The translations under genes and the position numbers were made by a program. Below, in pieces: positions 1-9,046 of a DNA stretch of 59,373 nucleotides (positions are counted from its first letter, which is position 1; each line of letters starts with the position of its first letter). Below the pieces are notes generated by a model. The model saw only the letters and a program-made list of their open reading frames with translations, had not been told where the DNA came from and ran no database searches. Source of the DNA: an uncultured Gammaproteobacteria bacterium (GTDB lineage Bacteria; Patescibacteriota; Patescibacteriia; Patescibacteriales; UBA12465); the NCBI GenBank assembly GCA_964652745.1, contig CAZZBQ010000001.1:16029-75401 (forward strand). The letters are read 5' to 3'.

Positions 1-22
1 ATTGATTTGAAAATTATACAAA

Positions 23-51
23 GGCCGTCCTGCGGAATCAGGACGGTTTTT
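23..51 (+). terminator. Rho-independent terminator of an off-window upstream + strand gene
   Basis: CCGTCCTG (25-32) pairs with CAGGACGG (39-46) across a 6-nt loop, followed by TTTTT (47-51). Confidence 0.75.
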
Positions 52-120
52 GTATGGTTTTTAAGTATTCTTAAAGAAAAAGTTAGGTAGTGTTCATTGA
101 CTTGTTGTTATAATGCCGTT

Positions 121-954
121 ATGAAAATAAATAGAGTTATAAAAATCATTTTTTTAAGTGGCTTATTAATGAGTTTATTTTTATTGTGGCGTCGGGTTGA
201 AAAAAAGAAATTTTTGGAAGTCTCTTTTCTAGATGTTGGTCAAGGTGATGCTAGTCTTGTAGAATTTCCTAACAGAAAAAATATTTTAATTGATGGCGGT
301 CCAGATAATTTAATTTTAAATCGCCTGGGCGAAGAGTTGTCTCCTTACAGAAGAAAAATAAATTTTATTATCATCAGTCACTTTCATGACGATCATATTG
401 CTGGTCTACTCGCAGTCCTGGAAAGATATAAAGTTGAGAAGATAATCTTTGCTGAAGGTTTAGATAGGTTTTTATTAGGAGGATTACTAATGGCGGAAGC
501 TTCTCGGCAAAAAATAGAGTTGATTGCGGTAGCGGGAGAGGCTCTGTTAGAGTTTGGAGGCGGTTGTCGGATTTTTTTAGTAAATCCGCTTAGTTTAGGA
601 GTGAATGAAGATAATAATAATTCTTTGATAACAAAACTAACTTGCGCTGATTATGATTTTTTATTTTCTGGCGATAACGAAAAAGAGGTTGAAGACGCTT
701 TATTTGGTTATAAATATAATTTAGAAGCCGATGTTTTTAAAGCTTCGCATCATGGTTCTAAAACTTCTAATCAGGAAGACTTTTTACGTTTAATTAATCC
801 TAAATTAATAGTCGTGCCTGTTGGGGCTAATAATCGTTTTAATCATCCTTCGCCGGAGTTTTTAGAGATTGCCAGATTTTTGCAAATAAATACTAAAAGA
901 ACTGACCAAGTAGGAACGGTTAGATTTAAGATAAATTTAGCTAATATTAAATAG
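121..954 (+). CDS. Membrane-anchored MBL-fold metallo-hydrolase resembling the ComEC/Rec2 C-terminal domain, with no channel domain attached
   Basis: ORF-track 97..954 trimmed to the first ATG (MKINRV). A hydrophobic N-terminus is followed by FLDVGQGDASLVEF...ILIDGG, HFHDDH and ASHHGS, the pattern I associate with the ComEC beta-lactamase-fold domain. Confidence 0.8.
   Translation: MKINRVIKIIFLSGLLMSLFLLWRRVEKKKFLEVSFLDVGQGDASLVEFPNRKNILIDGGPDNLILNRLGEELSPYRRKINFIIISHFHDDHIAGLLAVLERYKVEKIIFAEGLDRFLLGGLLMAEASRQKIELIAVAGEALLEFGGGCRIFLVNPLSLGVNEDNNNSLITKLTCADYDFLFSGDNEKEVEDALFGYKYNLEADVFKASHHGSKTSNQEDFLRLINPKLIVVPVGANNRFNHPSPEFLEIARFLQINTKRTDQVGTVRFKINLANIK
940..952. repeat. Left copy of a 13-bp perfect direct repeat GCTAATATTAAAT
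   Basis: Identical 13-mer at 940-952 and 2117-2129 (15 of 16 identical over 937-952 vs 2114-2129). It overlaps the last codons and stop of the ComEC-like ORF. Confidence 0.8.
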
Positions 955-975
955 CTAGCTGTAATTGTTAAAATA

Positions 976-1004
976 TTGACAAAATGATTTATAAATGATA
1001 AAAT
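976..1004 (+). promoter_or_regulatory. Sigma-70-type promoter for the 1076..2056 ORF
   Basis: TTGACA (976-981), 17-bp spacer, extended -10 TGaTAAAAT (996-1004). Confidence 0.6.
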
Positions 1005-1075
1005 TTGAGGTCAAAATAATAATTTTGATAGAAAGAGTTCGTTAAAAAATTAATATTAACCAAAATAAAAGTATC

Positions 1076-2056
1076 ATGAAAAAATTAATTTTCCTTTTAA
1101 TTTGCGGAATTGTTTTCCCGTTGAGTCTTTTAGCTCAGAAGCAGAGTATCCAGGTGACTAACGCTACCAACTCTATTATGAAGGTAAACGGCATTAGCGT
1201 GCCAGCTCGCGAAATCGTGAGCGTTAGTATGGATGTCGCCGATGGGGTTGCCTCTTTTAAGGTGGACGAATATTGGGCTGGGCAGGAAAGGCTTGGTCCC
1301 GTAACTATGACTCGTTCAGTAGAACGCGGTAACCGCATTACTATCCGTGACTTTTCAGTTGAGGGTAATCAGCGTGCTTCCAATAGGCGCTCCACTGTTA
1401 ATGAGGCAATAATGCCGCCAGTTCAATCAGTCCCGGCTGTAGATTATGCGGGAATGAAAGATATTGCTTCCGGTGATTGGTGGGCTTACGTCACGGTGAC
1501 GCCCAAAAATAGCTTGGAAGGATATAGTATTTTTATTCCTTCTGAGCCTTTTCGCGGCTTATCACTTAAAGCCGGCCAAGCTTCTGGCAAATCAATTACT
1601 CTAAAAACAGGAGAAATCCTGTTTCCAGTATTTTTGGTTGCCGAGGAAGATGGTTCTACTAAGACCGGGATAAACTATTCTTGGGCCCTGGTGAATAAAA
1701 TTATCACTGAAGGTCAAGAAGAATTTGAGTTTAAAGCCGGTGATATTATGCAGGCTAATAGTGGTAAAGAAATCCGGAAGACATTGGTATCAAAGCTCCC
1801 CTTTGATTTTATCATCGCTGAGGGAGCGTCTCGGGGAACAGTTATTCCTGCCAACTATCCAACTAAGTTGGAGTTATATGTTGGTTGGAACATCTTGCCG
1901 ATACAGTACAAAGATGCCGCGGGTCTGCCGACTCAGGCCATATTGATTCTATTAGTTAATGAACTAAGGAAGCCAATGATGGCTCGCGGTCGCGCCGGTT
2001 CTGACCAAATAACGGTTAATCGCGACAACATCGTGATTACCAATTTTGGTCGTTGA
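1076..2056 (+). CDS. Secreted hypothetical protein with no recognisable domain, on a compositionally distinct cassette
   Basis: 326-aa ORF with signal-peptide-like MKKLIFLLICGIVFPLSLLAQKQ. It has its own promoter and terminator. Sampled 60-nt lines give about 40-55% GC versus about 17-40% in the neighbouring ORF. Confidence 0.7.
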   Translation: MKKLIFLLICGIVFPLSLLAQKQSIQVTNATNSIMKVNGISVPAREIVSVSMDVADGVASFKVDEYWAGQERLGPVTMTRSVERGNRITIRDFSVEGNQRASNRRSTVNEAIMPPVQSVPAVDYAGMKDIASGDWWAYVTVTPKNSLEGYSIFIPSEPFRGLSLKAGQASGKSITLKTGEILFPVFLVAEEDGSTKTGINYSWALVNKIITEGQEEFEFKAGDIMQANSGKEIRKTLVSKLPFDFIIAEGASRGTVIPANYPTKLELYVGWNILPIQYKDAAGLPTQAILILLVNELRKPMMARGRAGSDQITVNRDNIVITNFGR

Positions 2057-2082
2057 AGGTGATGTTTGAAGTAATTATTTTT

Positions 2083-2113
2083 AAGGAGTCGTTATTGAAC
2101 GGCTCCTTTTTCT
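2083..2113 (+). terminator. Rho-independent terminator after the 1076..2056 ORF
   Basis: GGAGTCGTT (2085-2093) pairs with AACGGCTCC (2098-2106) with one G-U pair and a 4-nt loop, then TTTTT. Confidence 0.75.
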
Positions 2114-2116
2114 TTG

Positions 2117-2129
2117 GCTAATATTAAAT
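2117..2129. repeat. Right copy of the 13-bp direct repeat GCTAATATTAAAT
   Basis: Perfect match to 940-952, lying 4 nt after the cassette terminator T-run. Confidence 0.8.
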
Positions 2130-2172
2130 TATTATTTTTGTTAATTTTTGACCCCAAGTCATATATATCCGG

Positions 2173-2201
2173 TTGACCTGACTGTTTGGCTCTGATATAA
2201 T
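2173..2201 (+). promoter_or_regulatory. Sigma-70-type promoter for the UPF0173-like hydrolase / ndk / gyrA gene string
   Basis: TTGACC (2173-2178), 17-bp spacer, extended -10 TGaTATAAT (2193-2201). Confidence 0.65.
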
Positions 2202-2245
2202 CAAAGTAGGGTAAATCAGCCCAATTTTTATTGTTTTATACTCAT

Positions 2246-2890
2246 ATGATGATTACTTGGCAAGGACATTCCTGCTTTAAAATTCAAGACAAGGTCGGTC
2301 CAGACGGGGTAACTGTAGTGACGGATCCGTTTGATAAAGAAATTGGTTTAAAAGTACCTAACTTTGAAGCCGATCTCGTAACCGTTTCTCATGATCATCA
2401 CGATCATAGTAATGTCAGCGCTTTGCGTGGCAATCCTTTTGTGATTGATTGTGCTGGCGAATATGATTTTAAGGGGGTCTTAGTGGAAGGAATTGATTCA
2501 TTCCACGATAACAAGAACGGAGAAGAGCGAGGACGCAATATTATATATAGGATGGAGATAGATGATATCTCAGTTGCTCATCTCGGTGATTTAGGCGCTC
2601 CTCTTGATAATTCTCAGCTAGAAAAACTAGTTGGTACTGATATTTTGCTTATTCCAGTTGGCGGAAAATATACGCTGGATGCTAAAGCGGCAGTTGAGGT
2701 TATTTCCCAGATTGAACCGCGCATTGTTATTCCTATGCATTATAAAACTGACGGTTTAACGATTGAGCTTGATTCAATTGATAAGTTTATTAAAGAATTA
2801 GGTATTGAACCGACTTATGAAGAGAAGCTAAAAATTTCTAAAAAAGATCTTCCACAAGAAGATATGGAATTAGTAATATTAAGTATTTAA
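2246..2890 (+). CDS. UPF0173-type MBL-fold metal-dependent hydrolase
   Basis: ORF-track 2231..2890 trimmed to ATG 2246. It has MITWQGHSCFKI at the N-terminus and the SHDHHDH metal motif. Confidence 0.85.
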   Translation: MMITWQGHSCFKIQDKVGPDGVTVVTDPFDKEIGLKVPNFEADLVTVSHDHHDHSNVSALRGNPFVIDCAGEYDFKGVLVEGIDSFHDNKNGEERGRNIIYRMEIDDISVAHLGDLGAPLDNSQLEKLVGTDILLIPVGGKYTLDAKAAVEVISQIEPRIVIPMHYKTDGLTIELDSIDKFIKELGIEPTYEEKLKISKKDLPQEDMELVILSI

Positions 2891-2898
2891 ATAAAACT

Positions 2899-3501
2899 AT
2901 GACAAACCCTAAGAAAGAAAGAACTCTAGTTATTCTGAAACCAGATGCCGTTCAGCGCGGTTTAATCGGTGAAATTATTAAAAGAATAGAAAGCACCGGT
3001 TTAAAGCTTGTGGCTTTAAAAATGACCATGGCTCAAGAAGAACAATGTTGGAAGCATTATAATAAAGATGATGAATGGTATCAGAAAAAAGGCAATTTAA
3101 CTGTAGAAAATAGAAAAGCTGCCGGCATGCCTATTGAGAAAGAAGCGATTGAATATGGTCGCGATATTATTGGTGCTTTAGTTAAGTTTATGACTTGCGG
3201 TCCGGTTGTGCCGATGATTTGGGAGGGCAATCAGTCCGTTGACATTGTCAAGAAATTAGTTGGCTCGACTGAGCCGATGTCTTCTGATGGCGGCACGATT
3301 CGCGGCGACTATACGATTGATTCTTTTGGATTGGCTAATTTAGATGAGCGTGCTGTTCGTAATTTAATTCATTGCTCCGATCAGTCAGAAGAAGCGGAAA
3401 GAGAAATTAGACTTTGGTTTACTGAAGAAGAGATTTTGAAATATCGCTTGTTTATGGAAAGCATTTTATATGATGTAAATTTGGATGGTATTAAGGAATA
3501 A
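2899..3501 (+). CDS. ndk: Nucleoside diphosphate kinase (long form with insertion and C-terminal extension)
   Basis: ERTLVILKPDAVQRGLIGEIIKRIE...LKLVALKM and NLIHCSD (active-site His region) match the Ndk pattern. Confidence 0.85.
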   Translation: MTNPKKERTLVILKPDAVQRGLIGEIIKRIESTGLKLVALKMTMAQEEQCWKHYNKDDEWYQKKGNLTVENRKAAGMPIEKEAIEYGRDIIGALVKFMTCGPVVPMIWEGNQSVDIVKKLVGSTEPMSSDGGTIRGDYTIDSFGLANLDERAVRNLIHCSDQSEEAEREIRLWFTEEEILKYRLFMESILYDVNLDGIKE

Positions 3502-3508
3502 TAAAAAT

Positions 3509-3976
3509 ATGGCGCACGAAAATAATGAGCAGGATGAAAAAAACAGAAAAATAATATTGCCAATTGTTATTACTTTAGCTATTTTAATTTTTGCTTTCTG
3601 GGCTTATAATTTACAGAATGTTTGGCAATCAAATTCAGGCAGTAATGTTAATTTGAATGTTGTTAAAGAAGAAATTAACGAGTCTTTAAATGAATTAGAA
3701 GATAAATTGGAAGAAAATTCCCGTCTTAAAGATGATGCTAGTGAGATGTTAAATGAGTTAATTGAAGAGGCTCAAAAATCGGCCACTTCTTCTGAAGAAT
3801 CTTTACCGGCAACACCTGAGTCAGCAACCACAACTCCAGATTTTCCCGCTACGACTACTGCGCCAAATATAAATAATAATTGTCCAGAATGGATAAACTG
3901 TATGCCTTCAATTGGTGAGCCGAGATCTTGTCAGATTCCGGTTGGCTGTGAAGGGATTACTCAAATCGCTTATTAG
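3509..3976 (+). CDS. Membrane-anchored hypothetical protein with an acidic helical region and a C-terminal 4-Cys motif
   Basis: Trimmed to ATG 3509 (MAHENNEQ). It has one TM (ILPIVITLAILIFAFWAY) and the C-terminus NNNCPEWINCMPSIGEPRSCQIPVGCEG. No family recognised. Confidence 0.6.
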   Translation: MAHENNEQDEKNRKIILPIVITLAILIFAFWAYNLQNVWQSNSGSNVNLNVVKEEINESLNELEDKLEENSRLKDDASEMLNELIEEAQKSATSSEESLPATPESATTTPDFPATTTAPNINNNCPEWINCMPSIGEPRSCQIPVGCEGITQIAY

Positions 3977-3998
3977 TTTGCAATAGTTTGATGATAAT

Positions 3999-6530
3999 AT
4001 GCCTAACAAAGATAATGAAGAAATAAAAGAGCCGCAAATTATTCCCGAGGAGGATGCTCCAAATGGTAATGCGCGCCGTCAGACAGAGTTCGGTATTGTA
4101 GAGAGCCAGCCTATTACCGAGGAAATGAGTAAATCTTATTTAGATTACGCGATGAGTGTTATTGTTTCTCGTGCTCTGCCTGATGTTCGTGATGGTTTAA
4201 AGCCTGTTCATCGTCGTATTCTTTACGCGATGTGGAGTATTGGTTTGAAGTCCAGCGCAAAATTTAGAAAATCAGCGACCGTGGTCGGTGAAGTGTTAGG
4301 TAAATATCATCCTCATGGCGACTCAGCTGTCTATGACTCTATGGTTAGAATGGCTCAAGATTTTGCTATGCGTTATCCACTTGTTCGTGGTCAAGGAAAT
4401 TTTGGTTCAATGGACGGTGATAACGCAGCGGCCATGCGCTATACTGAAGCAAAGCTATCTTCTATCTCTGAGGAGATGTTATTAGATATTGATAAAAATA
4501 CTGTAGATTTTATTCCTAATTTTGACGGCAGCCATAAAGAACCGCGCGTCTTGCCGGCCAAGTTACCAAATTTATTGCTAAATGGGACAATGGGTATAGC
4601 GGTTGGTATGGCGACTAATATTCCGCCGCATAATTTAAAAGAATTGGCTGCTGCGATTGAATATTTAACCGAAAATCCTGATGCTAGTATTGAAGATTTA
4701 ATGCAGTTTGTTAAAGGTCCAGATTTTCCGACCGGAGGCATTATTTATAATAAGAAAGATATTTTAGCCGCTTACGCGACTGGTCGCGGCGGGGTTGTGT
4801 TGCGCGGTAAGGCAGATATTATAGAAGAGAAGTCTGGCGGATTCCAGATTATTATTTCGGAAATACCTTATCAAGTAAATAAAGCAGACTTAGTAGAAAA
4901 AATTGCTGATCTAGTTAAAGATAAAAAAGTGGAAGGTATAAAAGCTTTGCGCGATGAGTCTGATAAGGATGGTGTCCGTATTGTCATTGAACTTAAAAAA
5001 GATTCCTATCCTAAAAAAGTTCTTAATGCTTTATATAAACACACTAGTTTGCAAACTACTTTTCATTTAAACATGTTGGCGCTCGTCGATGGTATCCAGC
5101 CGAAAGTTCTAACGTTAAAAATGATTCTTGAAGAATATATCAAGCATCGCGAAGAGGTAGTAAGACGCCGCACTCAATTTGATTTAGATAAAGCTAAAGA
5201 TAGGGCGCATATCTTAGAAGGACTCATGATCGCCTTGAATAATATTGATGAGGTTATAAAAACTATTAAAGCTTCTAAAGATAAAGAAATTGCCAAAGCC
5301 AGCTTAATTAAGAAGTTCAAGCTTTCAGAAAGACAGGCGGTGGCTATTTTGGAAATGCGTTTGCAGAGTTTAGCTAATTTGGAACAATTAAAGATTGAGG
5401 ATGAGCTTAAAGAAAAGATGCGTCTCATTAAGGAATTAGAAAGTATTCTAAAATCAGTTGCCAAGATTAGAGGTATTGTTAAGGATGAATTAAAAGTATT
5501 GGCAGAAAAATACGGTGACGAACGCAAGACCTCGGTGGTTGCTGGCGGGGTTGGTGAGTTTAGCATGGAAGACCTTGTTCCTAACGAAGAAACCGTTGTA
5601 ATGATGACCATGGATGGGTATATTAAGCGTTTAGAGCCAGATACATTTAAGGTTCAAGCTCGTGGTGGCAAGGGTGTGATGGGACTTACTACTAAGGAAG
5701 AAGACACTGTCCAGTTCATGTTCACTAGCCTAACTCATAATGATATTTTATTCTTTACAACTAAAGGTAGAGTTTTTCAGTTAAAGGTTTATGAAATTCC
5801 TCAGGCTTCACGCATTGCTAAGGGCACGCCAGTTGTTAATTTTTTACAATTACTAAGTGGCGAACAAGTTTCTTCAATCCTGCCTTTAGATAAGGCTGTC
5901 TTTAGTAAATATTTATTCTTTGCTACAGAAAAAGGCTTGGTTAAGAAAGTTGAGTTAGAAGCCTTTAAAAATGTCAGACGCAGCGGATTAATTGCTATTA
6001 AAATTAGAGACGATGATAAGCTAACTTGGGTTAAGCCAACTTCTGGTAGCGACCATATTCAGTTAGTTACTTCTCAGGGGCAGGCAATTCGTTTTAAGGA
6101 AACTGATGTACGTGATATGGGCCGTTCGGCAGCTGGTGTTATTGGTATCCGGTTACATAAAAACGATACTGTTATCGGCATGGGCGTTGCTAAGACTGAT
6201 AAAGAGCGCAAGCGCAACTATCAGATTATTACAATTATGGCCAATGGTTATGGTAAACGTACTGAACTCGGTGCTTATAAAGTCCAAGGTCGCGGTGGCA
6301 GCGGTATTAAGACCGCCAAGGTAACTGATAAGACTGGGGACATTACTAATGCTTTCTTAGTAAATGCTGATAATATGGAAGGCAAAGATTTAATTGTTAT
6401 TTCTGAGAAAGGACAAGTTATCCGTACTCCATTTAAAACCGTTAGTATTTTAGGCCGTGATACGCAAGGTGTTCGCGTGATGCGCTTCAAGGAAGCTTCC
6501 GACCAAGTGGCTGGTGTAACTTGGGTTTAA
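3999..6530 (+). CDS. gyrA: DNA gyrase subunit A
   Basis: 843 aa with [35 protein letters not shown] (catalytic Tyr region) and C-terminal beta-pinwheel repeats. Confidence 0.97.
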   Translation: MPNKDNEEIKEPQIIPEEDAPNGNARRQTEFGIVESQPITEEMSKSYLDYAMSVIVSRALPDVRDGLKPVHRRILYAMWSIGLKSSAKFRKSATVVGEVLGKYHPHGDSAVYDSMVRMAQDFAMRYPLVRGQGNFGSMDGDNAAAMRYTEAKLSSISEEMLLDIDKNTVDFIPNFDGSHKEPRVLPAKLPNLLLNGTMGIAVGMATNIPPHNLKELAAAIEYLTENPDASIEDLMQFVKGPDFPTGGIIYNKKDILAAYATGRGGVVLRGKADIIEEKSGGFQIIISEIPYQVNKADLVEKIADLVKDKKVEGIKALRDESDKDGVRIVIELKKDSYPKKVLNALYKHTSLQTTFHLNMLALVDGIQPKVLTLKMILEEYIKHREEVVRRRTQFDLDKAKDRAHILEGLMIALNNIDEVIKTIKASKDKEIAKASLIKKFKLSERQAVAILEMRLQSLANLEQLKIEDELKEKMRLIKELESILKSVAKIRGIVKDELKVLAEKYGDERKTSVVAGGVGEFSMEDLVPNEETVVMMTMDGYIKRLEPDTFKVQARGGKGVMGLTTKEEDTVQFMFTSLTHNDILFFTTKGRVFQLKVYEIPQASRIAKGTPVVNFLQLLSGEQVSSILPLDKAVFSKYLFFATEKGLVKKVELEAFKNVRRSGLIAIKIRDDDKLTWVKPTSGSDHIQLVTSQGQAIRFKETDVRDMGRSAAGVIGIRLHKNDTVIGMGVAKTDKERKRNYQIITIMANGYGKRTELGAYKVQGRGGSGIKTAKVTDKTGDITNAFLVNADNMEGKDLIVISEKGQVIRTPFKTVSILGRDTQGVRVMRFKEASDQVAGVTWV

Positions 6531-6569
6531 TTTCCCCGGTCAAGTTAGTCCAGTTAAATATCTAAATAT

Positions 6570-7007
6570 ATGACAAAATATTGGCGGGAATTCCGTGAAT
6601 TTGCCGTTAAAGGCAATGTACTAGATTTAGCGGTCGCTGTTATTATTGGTGGCGCGTTCGGAAAGATTGTTTCCTCATTAGTAGCCGATGTTGTTATGCC
6701 GTTTATCGGTGTTTTGATAGGCGGTGTAGACTTTACTAGTTGGAAAATAATTCTTAAGCAGGCGATTATTGATGAGAGTGGCGCTATTTCTCAGGCGGCG
6801 GTAACTATGAATATTGGAAACTTTATTCAGAACATTTTTGATTTTTTAATAATAGCTGCTTCTATATTTTTAATGATCAAGCTTTTGTCTCGGGTTAAGA
6901 AACGATTAATAAAGGAGGAAGGGGCTGAGAAAAATGTTGAAGAGCCAAAAATAAGTGAAGAACAAAAACTTCTTACTGAGATTAGAGATATCTTAAAAAA
7001 TAAGTAG
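6570..7007 (+). CDS. mscL: Large-conductance mechanosensitive channel
   Basis: EFREFAVKGNVLDLAVAVIIGGAFGKIVSSLVADVVMP is the canonical MscL N-terminus; two TM segments. Confidence 0.92.
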   Translation: MTKYWREFREFAVKGNVLDLAVAVIIGGAFGKIVSSLVADVVMPFIGVLIGGVDFTSWKIILKQAIIDESGAISQAAVTMNIGNFIQNIFDFLIIAASIFLMIKLLSRVKKRLIKEEGAEKNVEEPKISEEQKLLTEIRDILKNK

Positions 7008-7047
7008 AGTTAATGAGTGTTTTTGGTAAGATAAAATTACATATACT

Positions 7048-8163
7048 ATGGATACTTTTTTATTTATCTTAATATTGGTAGCCTTAGCGGTAGTAATCTA
7101 TCTTTTGCTTAAGAAAAAAGATTCTTCGAGTGACAAGATGTTGCCTATGATGGAGCGATTGGCGCAGCAATCGGAAAAACTATCTCAATTATCTCAACAA
7201 AATACCGATTTACGTTCTGAACTTGATCGTAAATTATCGGAAACCCATAGGGCTAATCAGGAACAATTTGGGCAGACTGCTAAAATTGTTCAAAATATTA
7301 CCAATCAATCAGCTAAATTGATTTCTGATGTCACGGAAAAATTAACTAAACTCGATGAAACAAATAAGCAGGTTGTTAATTTTTCTTCTCAACTTCAAAA
7401 CCTCCAAGATATTTTAAAAAATCCAAAACAGCGAGGAGTCTTGGGGGAATATTTTTTAGAAGAAACGCTAAAGAATGTATTGCCGCCAAATTCCTATCAG
7501 ATGCAATATAGTTTTGGTAAGGATGACAAGACTGGCAAAGAGTTTATTGTTGATGCTGTAGTTTTTGTAAAAGATAAAGTTATTCCGATTGACGCTAAAT
7601 TTTCTTTAGAGAACTATGAACGTATTTTAAATGCGACCGATAAGGAAACACGGGAAAAATTTGAGCAACAATTCAAGCAGGATTTAAAGAACCGCATTGA
7701 TGAGACTGCTAAGTATGTCTTACCGGAGAAAAAAACCATGGAATTTGCCTTCATGTTTATCCCCTCGGAAGCGATTTATTATGATTTACTAATTAATAAA
7801 GTTGGCGCAGTTAAAGTTAATACTCGTGATTTAATTGAATACGCTTTTCGTGACAAGAAAGTAATAATTGTTTCTCCAACTTCTTTCTTGGCATATTTAC
7901 AGACAGTCTTGCAAGGACTAAAAGCGATGCAAATTGAAGAAAAAGCTAAGGAAATACGCATTAATATTGAGAAGCTAGGGAAGCACATTCTTAGTTACGA
8001 TGAGTTCATGAAAAAATTAGGCTCAAGTATGTCAACGATGGTTAATCATTATAATAATGCCTATGTTGAATTTAAGAAGATTGATAAAGATATTACCAGG
8101 ATTACCGATGTTGGCGGAGACATTGAGCCACTTAAAATAGAAAAGCCGAAAAATGTTAGCTGA
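7048..8163 (+). CDS. rmuC: DNA recombination protein RmuC
   Basis: N-terminal TM, long coiled coil, NPKQRGVLGEYFLEETL and a PD-(D/E)xK-like core (IPIDAKFSLE). Confidence 0.88.
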   Translation: MDTFLFILILVALAVVIYLLLKKKDSSSDKMLPMMERLAQQSEKLSQLSQQNTDLRSELDRKLSETHRANQEQFGQTAKIVQNITNQSAKLISDVTEKLTKLDETNKQVVNFSSQLQNLQDILKNPKQRGVLGEYFLEETLKNVLPPNSYQMQYSFGKDDKTGKEFIVDAVVFVKDKVIPIDAKFSLENYERILNATDKETREKFEQQFKQDLKNRIDETAKYVLPEKKTMEFAFMFIPSEAIYYDLLINKVGAVKVNTRDLIEYAFRDKKVIIVSPTSFLAYLQTVLQGLKAMQIEEKAKEIRINIEKLGKHILSYDEFMKKLGSSMSTMVNHYNNAYVEFKKIDKDITRITDVGGDIEPLKIEKPKNVS

Positions 8164-9046
8164 AGAGACAAAAAAACCTAGTCAACTAGCGCTCGCCGTT
8201 CTTAATCCGGTAATCTTTCTTGATAGTTTTGATTATCCGGCAACCGCTTACGAAATTAGACACTATCTTGATCGCAATTTTTCTTTGGTTGAGGTTTTTT
8301 CTGGATTAGAAGAATTAGAAGCTGTCGGCATTCTTCAGGAAAGCCAGGGCTTCTATTTTTTATTAGGGAGGCGCGACATTATAAATATTCGCCAAGCTCG
8401 TTATAATTATTCTTGTGCTAAGTTAAAAATTGCTCGTCGGTTTAGCCGACTTTTTTCTTTATTCCCCGGGGTAGTTGCGATTGCGGCGGCAAATTTTATT
8501 GGTCGCCATAATCTTCGTGCCGGAAGTGATATAGATTTTTTTATGATTACTAAACCAGGCATGATTTGGCTTAGTCGTTTGTACTGCGCTGGGCTAGCTA
8601 AACTCCTGAACCGACGTCCGACTAGTAAAGAAAAAAAAGATAAGATATGTTTGAGTTTTTATATTACTGCTAATAATCTTGATATTTCTAAATTAGCTTT
8701 ACCTGAAGGAGATCCTTATTTTTATTATTGGCAGAGAGGTTTAGTTCCTCTTTATGACCATAAATTTATTTGGGATAAATTTTTACAGGCCAATAAATTA
8801 TGTTCGTCACGAATTTATATATCAGAAGTTAGCCTTGAAAGTTCTAGTAAAAATAACTTTTTAGAAAGAGCGGCCAAAATTTTTCAGCTGAAGATTATGG
8901 CAAAGGAGCTATTACGGGCTAATAATAATTCTGATGGAGTAATAATTTCTGATGATATTTTAAAACTTTATTTAGGAGATCGCCGCCGTCAATTTGCTGT
9001 TATTTTTAATGATAAAAAAAATGAAATTATTAAAGCAATTAACTGA
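8153..9046 (+). CDS. Hypothetical protein with a winged-helix-like N-terminus and a nucleotidyltransferase-fold-like core (tentative)
   Basis: 297-aa ORF overlapping the rmuC stop by 11 nt. GSDIDFFMI resembles the minimal NTase GS..DxD motif. No firm family call. Confidence 0.6.
   Translation: MLAEETKKPSQLALAVLNPVIFLDSFDYPATAYEIRHYLDRNFSLVEVFSGLEELEAVGILQESQGFYFLLGRRDIINIRQARYNYSCAKLKIARRFSRLFSLFPGVVAIAAANFIGRHNLRAGSDIDFFMITKPGMIWLSRLYCAGLAKLLNRRPTSKEKKDKICLSFYITANNLDISKLALPEGDPYFYYWQRGLVPLYDHKFIWDKFLQANKLCSSRIYISEVSLESSSKNNFLERAAKIFQLKIMAKELLRANNNSDGVIISDDILKLYLGDRRRQFAVIFNDKKNEIIKAIN

Noticed and set aside
97-114. TTGACT ... TATAAT pair just upstream of the first CDS
   Set aside because: The hexamers are only 6 bp apart, far from the 16-18 bp needed for a sigma-70 promoter, so I did not call it.
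97-2245. Non-ATG (TTG) N-terminal extensions proposed by the ORF track (starts at 97, 2231, 3485, 8994, 16703, 36329, 43952, 50236, 54688)
   Set aside because: In each case an ATG a few codons downstream begins the conserved N-terminus (e.g. MKDNIIAGLDIGS for FtsA, MNEEDR for RuvB). The extension also overlaps the upstream gene or a promoter. Only the 25445 GTG start was kept, because no ATG alternative exists there.
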